Positions 50,218 to 61,474 of a stretch of 64,000 nucleotides of DNA are shown piece after piece. The stretch comes from Zootoca vivipara. Its lineage: Eukaryota. The DNA lies in assembly GCF_963506605.1 (NCBI RefSeq), contig NC_083288.1:45508001-45572000 (forward strand). The letters run 5' to 3'. Below the pieces are notes generated by a model, which was given only the letters and a program-made list of their open reading frames with translations, did no database searches and had not been told where the DNA came from. How positions within the stretch are numbered: position 1 is the stretch's first letter; each line of letters opens with the position of its first letter. Made by a program: the position numbers and the translations under genes.

Positions 50218-50354
50218 TATATCTCAGCCATACTCTCAAAGGAGCCCCAGGAAGGAAAAACAACAAATGATTAAACAAATACAAAAATCTTTAAAATGTA
50301 TTGCACTGGAGAGATAAAAATGCTATGAGGGTACAAGAGAGAGAATTCTGCTCG

Positions 50355-51430
50355 CCAGTACGTTTCCAAGCTCCATTCAAAGTGTCGGTGCTGACCTTTA
50401 AAGCCCTAAATGGCCTCGGCCCAATATAACTGAAGGAGCGTCTCCACCCCCATCGTTCTGCCCAGACACTGAGGTCCAATACCGAGGGCCTTCTGGCGGT
50501 TCCCTCATTGTGAGAAGCCAAGTTGCAGGGAACCAGGCAGAGGGCCTTCTTGGTAGTGGTGCCCGCCCTGTGGAACGCCCTCCCATCAGATGTCAAGGAA
50601 ATAAACAACTATCTGACTTTTAAATGGCATCTGAAGGCAGCCCTGTTTAGGGAGGCTTTTAATGTTTGATGTTTTATTGCTTTATTATAATTACTAGCTG
50701 GCCCGGGCACGCGGTGCTGTGCCTGACTCAGGGTCCTTGTTTCCCAGGAAAGAGGGAGGATGTGTGTGTGTCCCCCCCGACTATGTGTTTTTTTCCACAC
50801 ACACCTGTTGTTGTGTCTCATCCCTGTGATTACTCCCATCCTGTAGCGACCCATGAGGTATCCCGTCCCCTCTCCCCCCACCCCGGGTCATCCCTGTGAC
50901 TCCCCCCACCCTGGGTCAACCCATGACCTATTCAGACCCCTCCTCACCCCACCCAGGGCTCCACTCAGGATAGTCTGTAAAGTAGAGCCGAGGCCTAGTC
51001 TGTAGGATGTAAAGTGGAGCCGAGGCCTAGTCTGTAGGCTGTAAAGTAGAGCTAGTATGTAAACCCTGCTGGAGGTGTGGTCTCCGGGGCATGAGGGATT
51101 GTGGGAGTATGTTTGTCCTTTGTTTGTTGGATGTCCACTGGAGGGCGCATTTTTTTACATAAATCCAGGTTTTTACCTGTGCTAGGTGTGTCATCTGGCC
51201 AATATAAGTGGATGGTTACACTCCCACTTGTGACTCTGATGTTGTGGCCAAATTTGAGGGCGATCGGGCAAGTGGTTGTGGAGAAATGTGTGGAATAACA
51301 AATATGCACCTTCTACATTTTTATATACAGTATATAGATTATGATTATGATTATTATTCTGTTGGGAACTGCCTAGAGTAGCTGGGTAAACCCAGCCAGA
51401 TGGGCAGGGTGTAAATAATAAATTATTGTT
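50355..51430 (+). mobile_element. L2-clade LINE 3' end split by a Helitron
   Basis: L2 sequence stops at 50693 and resumes at 51339. Confidence 0.8.
50694..51338 (-). mobile_element. Non-autonomous Helitron (645 bp)
   Basis: Minus strand begins TCTATATAC and ends with a GGCAC-8nt-GTGCC hairpin then CTAG. Inserted between A and T with no TSD. Confidence 0.8.
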
Positions 51431-52441
51431 GAGATGTGGTGTGGTGGCCTGCCATCGCCCTTTCCCATAGCAGCCTGAGGGAATCAAGAGACCTGCGAAC
51501 TCTCTTGCCAGTCGGAGGACTTGAATTTGTCCCACCTGCCATTGGCATTGTGCTGGGGAGGGGGTTGTCACATGGTGTTGGTGAGTCGGGAATCAAAGAT
51601 AATGGATACATAGACAAAATTGACACCACCTCCCCAGCACTGTGATGGGTCCTGCTCCTACAGGGTGACCGTGGTGGGTCATCTGCATCCCTGGTTCCTA
51701 TTGGTTGGGTAGTGGACAGGGGCATGAAAGAAGTAAACACAATGGAATGTTTGAAACAAAAGTCTATGCGCCAGATCTGCAGTATCTGCCGTGGCTTCAG
51801 AGGGACTAGACACCCTCCCCAAAACAAATCTATGTTCAATGGACCCTTTGCACTGGGGGAGGGGTAGAAACCACACAGCACGACTTCATACATCCAAATG
51901 GGTAACATATATATGGTAGGACCCCCACCCCCCACCCACAGACATAGATTACACAATACCCCCAAACAAACAAAAAATAATATAAAGTTTATTTATGAGG
52001 AATTGATATCAAGCGATATAAAATTTATATCAAAACGTGAGATTTCGAGGGTAAGGGGTGGGGCTTCTGCTACTTTAAGTCTGATGACTAGTGATCCCTT
52101 TATTTTGCTTCCCATCCCTGCTATAGATAAGATATAAAAAAAGGATGAAATGTTAAGTACCTTTTCTGCTCCTTCAGGGACCAAAGTGGAGGTCCCTAGC
52201 GCATCATGATGAACTAAGAGCTAATATCTGTTGCACTAAATGCTTGCTTAGGGACATGAATCTGCACCATTGCCTATAAGATGTTGCATCTGAGAAGTAA
52301 AGACTGAATATCCTTTGCACCATCTGCTCAAGGACCTGAATGGGTACCATGGAGATAGCCAGGCAATAACATTGCAGAGATTGCTGGAATGCAGATTGTG
52401 AGGACTCTTCTGTTCTGCCGCCAATTTCCATCCTTGGTAAC
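51430..52441 (-). mobile_element. Possible degraded ERV env (SU/TM junction) fragment
   Basis: Cys/Trp/Pro-rich broken frames, a YVCG-like segment and a furin-type site KRVRR|S. Confidence 0.35.
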
Positions 52442-53103
52442 ATGGTTGTAGTAGTAGAGTCCTTTAAGTTCCTGGGCTTTATAATTTCTCAAAAGTTAAA
52501 TTGGTCAAGCAACATCAATAGTATTATTAAAAAGGTCCACCAGAGGTTGTATTTCCTGCGTCAACTAAGGAAATTTAAATTGCCCCAGGAAGTGTTGATC
52601 CAATTTTACAGAGGCATCATTGAAACTGTTCTCTGTAATTCTATTACCGCTTGGTATGGTACAGCTTCCAAGACAGACAAGAAAAGGCTCCAACGAGCTG
52701 TAAGAATTGCAGAAAGGGTAATTGGTGCTAGCTTGCCTACAATAGAGACAATCTATGCTACCAGAGTTAAGAAGAGAGCAGAAAGAATTGCAGCAGATCC
52801 TTTACATCCCGGTCATCATCTGCTAGATTTACTCCCATCTGGACGTCACTACAGGTCTTCATATACAAAATCGGCCAGGCACAGGAACAGGTTTTCCCCT
52901 TGTGCCATTAAATTGTTAAATTTATAGATGTGTAGCTGTAGGGGAGGTCAATTATGGGTGGGTTTCTTTGCTTATTTGTATTGTGAGTGGAACAGTGTGT
53001 GTATGTTTACATTGCAATGTAGCCGAAACAAATTCCAAGTAGCCGAAACAAATGTAGCCGAAACAAATTCCAATAATAAATTATTCTTATTCTTATTCTT
53101 CTT
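52442..53103 (+). mobile_element. Rex1/Babar LINE 3' fragment
   Basis: VESFKFLG..KKVHQRLYFLRQLRKF..FYRGIIE..ITAWYG..DPLHPGHHL..LLPSGR; (TATTCT)n tail. Confidence 0.88.
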
Positions 53104-53422
53104 ATAATTATGGTCCTTTGGTTTTGCTTAGACAGAAAAAGGAGGTCTCTCCTTCACTGGACCTGAGAGGTCATAGCTCGATGGCAGAGCACATGTTGCA
53201 TGCAGCCTAGATGGTAGGCATAGATGGGCCTTTTTTCATTCCATGTTGAATTTGTACATATCACCCTGATCCAGTAGGCTATTCTAACATTGTTATGGCT
53301 TTATGTTCCTATGTCCTTAAGACTTTGTTTTTATTCCGCAGAGAGAAGAATGTAGATGCAAAACTTTTGGAAACCAGGAAAAAAAATGGATGTGAACATT
53401 TCAGTTAGGTCAGTTGGTTAGA

Positions 53423-53812
53423 AGGTAAAGGGAAAAGGTAAAGGAGCCCTGGAAGGTTAAGTCCAATCAAAGGTGACTATGGGCATAGCTGCCAAGTTAT
53501 CCCTTTTTTACAGGGATTTTCCCTTATGCTGAATAGGCTTCCTCGCGAGAAAAGTGAAAACTTGGCAGCTATGTATGGGGTTGTGGGGCTCATCTCACTT
53601 TCAGGCCGAGGGAGTCAGTGTTTGTCCACAGGCAGCTTTCTGGGTCATGTAGCCAGCAGGACTAAGCTGTTTCTGGCACAAAGGAGCACCTTGATGGAAA
53701 CCAGAGCCCCCAGAAACGCGTTGGACCTTCCCGCTGCAGTGGTACCTATTTATCAACTTGCACTGTCATGCTTTCGAACTGCTGGGACAGAGCAACGGGA
53801 GCTCAGTCCATT
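53423..53812 (-). mobile_element. Older Sauria SINE containing hAT MITE copy 3 (53484-53573)
   Basis: SINE tail GGTAAAG and SINE body; the MITE is inverted with a TATGGG duplication. Confidence 0.8.
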
Positions 53813-54320
53813 GCAAGCAACGTGGTCATGGGTTCAGTGTCCATATGGGTCCCCTGCATTGCAGAGGATTGGAGAAGATGACCCTAAGGGTCATCTATGA
53901 TTCTATGATCTTCCTGTTAAGGTGAAGTGCAAGAGGTGTGCAGTTTACTCTGGTTTCTCTTCAGATTGTATCAATCTTTGGCCTTTGCTGAGAATTTACC
54001 ATTGAGTGTCATAACATTGTGCTCCAAAATCAGTTACTGCATAGAAAATAGGACATTCTTGTTTTCATTCTTGGTAACTAATTGTGAAATGTAGGATTAT
54101 TTAAAGCACTGTTTAAAAGTGGCATTTTTGTGTCTGCACTGTGTCTTTTGCTATCAAATTGCATGTGATGAGCCAGAGTGTGGCCAAACTAGATGACATG
54201 AGAGAGATGTCAGAAAAGCATTCTGATTCTGACTTAACTGACAAGCAGGTTAAGAGGTTGTGGTCAGGGGGAGAACGGTGGTGTAGACAGAGGCATCACA
54301 ATTCTGGTTACAAAGTTCTA

Positions 54321-54940
54321 TTGTTTTTAATAAAAAATAGACTTTATTTATTTTCCTTTAACAATACAAAACAAAATCATAAATAAATCATAAAAATCAT
54401 AAGAAACAAAATCATAACCCACCACCTTCAAATCATATTACACCAATAACATAATATAACATAATCCTAACATAAACACAAACAATAACCTGAACACAAA
54501 CAATAACATAAGCAGCAAACAATAACGTAAACTTAAACAAAAATAAACATAATTTGAACATAGATATAATATTAGCCCTTTCTCCTCCCCCCACCATCCC
54601 TTGTGACTTCCAGCCTTTTCTATAAACTGATTTTACTTCCTTTACTTTGTGCACACCTTATTCTATCTTTTTTTTTCTTTTCTTTATTTTTGCACCCTTC
54701 ATAAATCTGCTATAAGATTCACTTTTTCAACCTGCTTTCTTAAATATTGGTTAAATGGTTCCCACTCCTTTTCTACCCTTTCCTTGCCTAAACTTTTTGA
54801 GACTCCTTCTTTTGTTGCCAAATTTTTATATGTGCTTAGTTTTGATAGCCAATCTTCTTTACTTGGAATTATATTACTTTTCCAATTTTTAGCAATTAAA
54901 ATTCTGGCAGCTGCTGTTGCATATATTACAACACATCTAT
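54321..54940 (-). mobile_element. 5'-truncated L1 insertion
   Basis: 20-bp TSD ATT(C/T)TGGTTACAAAGTTCTA; encodes YATAAARILIAKNWKSNIIPSKEDW (ORF2 C-terminus). Confidence 0.82.
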
Positions 54941-55109
54941 ATTTTGGTTACAAAGTTCTAGAGGCTAACTAAGAATGGACATGACTTAGGATCTGAGCTA
55001 AAGATGGATATGGGTCTGTTCCAGCAAATCACCTACTGCATCTCCTAGAAACTGTACAGCAGAGACCTGCTGGCAAAAACAAAGAAACAAACAAATAAAC
55101 AGCTACTTG

Positions 55110-55283
55110 CAGTGCTTTTTTCTGGGGTACGCAGGGCTTTGGGCATACCCTAAACATTTTGTGAATATTTGTACTTTTGTCCATTTACTGTACTTATTTC
55201 CCCCAATTTGAACTATAAAATGGTGATTTTCTTGAGTCAAAATGAGAGTACCCCTAAACATTTTTTAAGGGGAAAAAGCACTG
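55110..55283. mobile_element. hAT-like MITE just upstream of the OR7 acceptor
   Basis: CAGTGCTTTTT...AAAAAGCACTG TIRs and an imperfect 8-bp TSD. Confidence 0.7.
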
Positions 55284-55356
55284 GCCACTAGAATTTAAAA
55301 CAACTTATTAACATTGAATCCGGACTCTTCATTTCTCTTCTAGGAATGTGCCAACA

Positions 55357-56301
55357 ATGAGGAACAACACTATGGTGAGAGAATTCACACTTTTGGGATT
55401 TACAGACAGCCGACAAGCTGAAATTTCGCTTTTTACACTCCTGCTTGGCATGTACTTTTTGACAATAATGTGGAACGCTGTGATTATCACAATCACACTT
55501 GTGAATCCACAGCTCAAAATCCCAATGTACTTCTTCCTAAGAAACTTTGCAGTCTTAGAGATTGGGTTTACCACCACTGTCCTCCCAAAAGCATTGGGCA
55601 ATATGGCCAATGGCCAACAGACGATCTCTCTACCTGTTTGTTTCATACAGGTGTATCTATACATGAGTGTGGGAGTCACAGAGTTCCTTATGCTAACAGT
55701 CATGTCCATTGACAGATATGTGGCTATCTGCAACCCTCTTCGCTACTCAACCATAATGAATCATCGAACTTGCTCATTGCTGGTGCTCTTCTCTTGGGCT
55801 GGAGGATTTTTGCTCATGATGGCTCCTGCAATTACATTATATCAATTGCCCTTTTGTGGCCCACATGCTATAGATCATTTTTTCTGTGACTTCGGACCAC
55901 TGATTAAACTTGCCTGCGTGGATACAAGTCTCCCGGAACTCATGTTTCTCCTCATTGCTACGTTCTCCCTCTTTGGGACCATGGCCGTAATTATTGTCTC
56001 ATATATCAATATTATTTTCACCATTTTGTGCATCCCATCTGCCACAAGCAGGCAGAAGGCCTTTTCCACTTGTGCTTCTCACATCATAGTGATCTCAATC
56101 ACTTACGGCAGCTGCATTGTCATGTACATTAAACCCAGAGGCACAGGTGAATTAGCATTTACCAAAAGGGTGGCGCTTCTTAACACTGTTGTGTCTCCTC
56201 TTCTGAATCCATTTGTTTACTACCTGAGGAACAAACAGGTCCAGGATGCCCTGAAGGCTGGATTTAAGGCGCTTTTTGGATTTTCTAGGACAAGAGAATA
56301 G
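55357..56301 (+). CDS. Olfactory receptor, family-6-like (OR7), 314 aa
   Basis: ATG at 55357 (MRNNT); [44 protein letters not shown]1 GN is changed to WN. Confidence 0.93.
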   Translation: MRNNTMVREFTLLGFTDSRQAEISLFTLLLGMYFLTIMWNAVIITITLVNPQLKIPMYFFLRNFAVLEIGFTTTVLPKALGNMANGQQTISLPVCFIQVYLYMSVGVTEFLMLTVMSIDRYVAICNPLRYSTIMNHRTCSLLVLFSWAGGFLLMMAPAITLYQLPFCGPHAIDHFFCDFGPLIKLACVDTSLPELMFLLIATFSLFGTMAVIIVSYINIIFTILCIPSATSRQKAFSTCASHIIVISITYGSCIVMYIKPRGTGELAFTKRVALLNTVVSPLLNPFVYYLRNKQVQDALKAGFKALFGFSRTRE

Positions 56302-56876
56302 AACCGACATCAACTCACACATGAAAATCAGAGATCAACTTTGGAGCAAATTGGAAATGCTTGCATTCCCTGGATTTCTTTCAGGAGTGAATATCAATTG
56401 GAGACTGATGTTGTGTGTCAGAGAATGTCAAATATGGTCCATGCAGAGGTGGATTTAGGGCAGCACGTCTTGTTCAGTAACTTGTTCAGGGGCTCCACAT
56501 TGGGACACGGCAACTATGATGTAGAATGGAATGATGTGAGAGATGGGGGAACACCAAATTTTGGCATCACACTAGGTGCTACTAAAATTTGAGAGCCTAT
56601 GGTCCACCTCTGATCCATGTCGGCTGTTTCAATTTACACTGGTGTTTAAGAGGATGAACCTCAGACATCTCTATTTGACTTTTTTTAATTAATTCCCCCC
56701 CCAATTTACAATTTTTCTTAAATTTCAATAAATGTTTTTCTTAAAATTTTGACTTCACACCCTTACCTCCATGATGTTTTTATTCCCATCTTATACCTAC
56801 TGCTTTATATAACATACTTGTATCTAATACAATTATTCTGTATTTCACTTGTTGTTTTCATTCCTCTGCTCATAAT

Positions 56877-56932
<56 letters not shown>

Positions 56933-56949
56933 CTGTTTTGTAAATTATA

Positions 56950-57485
56950 ATATTCATTTAAACAACATTAAAATATCCATGACTTCCCTTCTTCTCATTC
57001 CATAGTTTATTTTGCATATCATAAATCCCTGCATATTTTACATAAACTAAACCAGAATTCCATTATTACATCCATCCAAACTTATTTACACTGTTGAATT
57101 TAACTTAATGCTGCGAACATTGTCAAGTGTACACAATTTCCAACCATATAGTCAATAAACATTTCCCAATCTTCTTTAAACAAATGTTCTTCTTGTCCTC
57201 CCATTCTATATGTTAGGTCCGCAAGCTGCATATATTCCACCAGTTTAAGTTGCCATTCTTCTTTAGTTGGGACTTTGCTTGTTTTCCATTTTGGGGCTAA
57301 CAAAACGCAGCCTGCAGTAGTGGCATACATACAGCAAATAACATTTTTTTGACAGCTGGGAATTTCTGTCTGAATTATCCCCAGCAAAAAGGACTCTGGT
57401 TTTTTTGGGGGAAAGTACTTTTAAATTTTTTTTCAATTCGTTATGGATTATTTCCCAATCCTCTTTTACGCACTGCTCATAATTC
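56950..57485 (-). mobile_element. L1 ORF2 C-terminal fragment
   Basis: MYATTAG..LLAPKWK..VPTKEEWQLKLVEYMQLADLT, homologous to the fragment at 470-760. Confidence 0.75.
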
Positions 57486-58225
57486 AATCCCTGCCTTCAT
57501 TTTAATTTGACTCTTCCGTGAACAGCTCAGCTATTTTAACTCTTATTTTTGCTGTCAATCTTGCCATTTCCACATAGTCCATTCACTTTTGAAGCCATTC
57601 CTCCTTAGTTGGTTCTTCTCCTTCTTTTCATTTCTGTGCGTACAGGGTTCTGGCTGCTGTTGTTTCATACATAAATGCAACCTCAGATATCTCCCGTTTG
57701 GGCTGAGAGAGAAACCCCTACTGAAATCCCAGATGGTCAAAACTACTGGGCTGGATGGACCAATTTTACCAGATTGGTAAGCTGGTACCTTCTGTATCCA
57801 GAACAGATGCTCTGCTAGTGAAAAGTTGCTTGAGAACTACCACCATTTTACAAAGGGGTTTGGGGCATCAAATGCTTACATACAGTGGTACCTCTACTTA
57901 CGAATAACTCTACTTACGAATGTTTCTACTTATGAACGGAGCTCCGTCCGCCATCTTGGATGCGGTTTAGATAGGATTTTTATTCTACTTACAAATTTTT
58001 AGATAGGGTTGCTTCGATGTACGAATTTTTTCTCCCAATGCATTCCTATGGGTTTCGACTTAGAATTTTTCCGACTTACGAATGTGCGTTAAATTCGTAA
58101 GTAGAGGTACCACTGTATTCCTCAAAGTGTGGTTGCAGTTTGGCTACTCTGAATGGGATGGTGGAGGTACGTATAAACAACTACAGACAGATTCAGGTCT
58201 ACCTGACTGTATAGCATTTTGAACC

Positions 58226-58615
58226 TGAAATATACTCGGAGTCGAGAGTGAATTTCATGCTCTTTACTCAGCTTATAGTCATCAAGGAGAAGAAGAGAAG
58301 AATGGCTCTTTTCCCAAAACCATCTGCTTATATACATTATTTACACAATGGGCCTTGCATGATTGGCTACTTCAGGGCTACAACTGTGGGCCAATCAGGT
58401 TGTGGATTGACTTCTGCCTGCAGCCTGATTGGCTGCTCCTACAGGCCAATCAGGTTGCAGATTCACTTCTACCAGCCGCCTGATTGGCTACTCCTGCAGG
58501 CCAATCAGGTTGCGGATTCACTTCCACCTGGAGTTAAAATTGGGTAGCTCCTGCGGACCAATCAGACTGCTGATTCTGAATCCTATTGTTCTAGGATTCA
58601 GCTCAGTACATAACA
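58226..58615 (-). mobile_element. Solo LTR (390 bp) with a CCAAT-box array
   Basis: TG...CA termini, perfect 5-bp TSD GAACC, minus-strand TATATAA and AGTAAA. Confidence 0.85.
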
Positions 58616-58790
58616 GAACCGTTAACCATCAGATACAGATTCAGCACAAGTCGGCACGATTCAGACTGAGCCTTTTTGATATTCGCACGAAATATTAATT
58701 AGTGTGTATTGGTGGCTGTCAAATGCAGTAAAGCATTTGATGGCAGCTATCAGATATGCAGACTAGTTCATTGGCTAAAGAGCACACCTA

Positions 58791-59945
58791 GAATCATAGA
58801 ATCATAGAGTTGGAAGAGACCACAAGGGCCATCCAGTCCAACCCCCTGCCAGGCAGGAAACACCATCAAAGCATTCCTGACATATGGCCGTCAAGCCTCA
58901 GCTTAAAGGCCTCCAAAGAAGGAGACTCCACCACACTCTTTGGCAGCAAATTCCACTGCTGAACAGCTCTTACTGTCAGGAAGTTCTTCCTAATGTTTAG
59001 GTGGAATCTTCTTTCTTGTAGTTTGAATCCATTGCTCCGTGTCCACTTCTCTGGAGCAGCAGAAAACAACCTTTCTCCCTCCTCTATATGGCATCCTTTT
59101 ATATATTTGAACATGGCTATCATATCACCCCTTAACCTTCTCTTCTCCAGGCTAAACATGCCGAGCTGCCTAAGCCGTTCCTCATAAGGCATGGTTTCCA
59201 GGCCTTTGACCATTTTGGTTGCCCTCCTCTGGACACGTTCCAGCTTGTCAGAATCCTTCTTCAACTGTGGTGCCCAGAACTGGACACAGTATTCCAGGTG
59301 AGGTCTGACCAGAGCAGAATACAGTACAGTGGTACTATTACTTCCCTTGATCTAGATGCTATACTCCTATTGATGCAGCCCAGAATTGCATTGGCTTTTT
59401 TAGCTGCTGCATCACACTGTTGACTCATGTCAAGTTTGTGGTCGACCAAGACTCCTAGATCCTTTTCACATGTACTGCTCTCAAGTCAGGTGTCACCCAT
59501 CCTGTATTTGTGCCTTTCATTCCCGCCCCCCAAGTGTAGTACGTTACATTTCTCCTTGTTAAAATTCATCTTGTTTGCTTTGGCCCAGTTCTCTAATCTG
59601 TTAAGGTCATTTTGAAGTGTGATCCTGTCCTCTGGGGTATTAGCTACCCCTCCCAATTTGGTGTCATCTGAAAACTTGATCAGGATGCCCTCAAGACCAT
59701 CATCCAAGTCATTTATAAAGATGTTGAATAAGACTTGGCCCAAGACAGAACCCTGTGGCACCCCACTAGTCACTTCTCTCCAGGATGAAGAAGAGCCATT
59801 GAGGAGCACCCTTTTGGTTCGGTGTCTAGCCCGCACTTTACTAGCTTCTTTACAGGAATATCATGGGGCACCTTGTCAAAGGCCTTGCTGAAATCAAGAT
59901 ATGCTACATCCACAGCATTCCCATCATCTACCAGGCTTGCAATTC
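58791..59945 (-). mobile_element. CR1 LINE 3' fragment (RT C-terminus)
   Basis: [29 protein letters not shown]; [15 protein letters not shown]; (ATTCTATG)n tail. Confidence 0.95.
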
Positions 59946-61384
59946 TGTCAGAATTGACCTATGGTCTGGTGAGATGGCTAGAATCTTTAGACTGTTGGAC
60001 TAGGACCTGAAAGTTCAGGGTTCAAATCCCACTTAGTGATGAAACTTCCTGCGTTCCTTGGTACAGAAAATTAAGCTCAGCCTGCTCCACCTCACAGGGT
60101 CATTGTGAAGACAATTTGGGAAGGTGAGAACCAAGATGTGCACCATCTTTAGCCCCTTGAAAGAAAGGTGAGACAGAAAAGAAATAAATATATAAATAAA
60201 TGCTCAGTGAATCTTTGGCAAAATATTCATGGGCTATCCCAGCCAATATCCGAGATTGAAACTCAGAGAAGAAAGGAGGCAGTGAGAAGCAGCAAAGTGA
60301 TTTCAACTCTGGATTACAGAATTAATAACCAGCCACATAGAAGCTACATAGGCATATCATGTCCCTTATGGTCTAGTTTGTGGTGGTGTGATCTAAGCCT
60401 CTTGCATCAGATGTTTTTTCTGCTCTTCTGGGAAGGAAAGCTGAAGTCCTCCTTGGTGTATTCTGACAAAATTAGAGCTAATATATCTTGTGTTGAATGC
60501 AGGCTTGGAGACAAAAAAAAATTCACCATTGCCTAGAAGAGGCCCCTCTCAAGCATCAAATCAGCACTATCTGCTCAAGGAACAGAATGGGTACCATTGC
60601 ATATCATAAGATTCTGCATTGTAGTGACGGTGGAGAAATGCATGACATAAAATTTGCAGGGCTTGTTTTGTGAGGTAAGGAAGGGGGGATTTTCTTGAAA
60701 GCATGGAGGATATAGGCACCACTCCCTGGAAAAATTGTATTCTGTATAGTAATGTATTTTGTTCTGTGGTTCTAACATTATTTGAATGTTTCATTTTTAG
60801 TTGCTAGCCTCCATGGGCTCATGGGAGAGGAAGGGAAGAGAATAAGAATTCTTAGTTAAGAGCTGGGTCCAAAAAGTTATACTCCTAGGACAAGTACTTC
60901 TGCCTGTGCATGAAGGCCCCTTTCTTCTCCCTATGCATCCACTTGTCTCCCCAAATCTATTTTGTGGATTCCTCCAACCGCCTGGATCCCATTTTGGTAG
61001 ATGTGGAGGGAGGAAGTTGTGATGTTGAGGCAGAAGCACTTGCACTAATGGGATAAATTCACTGGATGCAATGTTACAATGACAATACATTTTGTATGCA
61101 AAATATTCATATTGTGTGAGCATAGGCAAACTCGGCCCTCCAGATGTTTTGGGACTACAACTCCCATCACCTGTGACCACTGGTCCTGTTATCTAGGGAT
61201 GATGGGAGTTGTAGTCCCAAAACATCTGGAGGCCAGAGTTTTCCCATGTCTGACCTTGTGCTTTGAACTGAAAATGTATTGCAAAATTCAGAGAAGTGTA
61301 TCCTCCGATCAGCAACTGTGTTCAGATCCATGTACAACTCCGCATGAATTAGATTGCAGAATCTCCCTCCATCCACAGCCCCAG

Positions 61385-61474
61385 CATAGCTGCCAAGTTT
61401 TCCCTTTTCTCGCGAGGAAGCCTATTCAGCATAAGGGGAAATCCCTTTAAAAAAGGGATAACTTGGCAGCTATG
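61385..61474 (+). mobile_element. 90-bp hAT MITE, copy 4
   Basis: Same TIR; 8-bp TSD AGCCCCAG. Confidence 0.92.
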
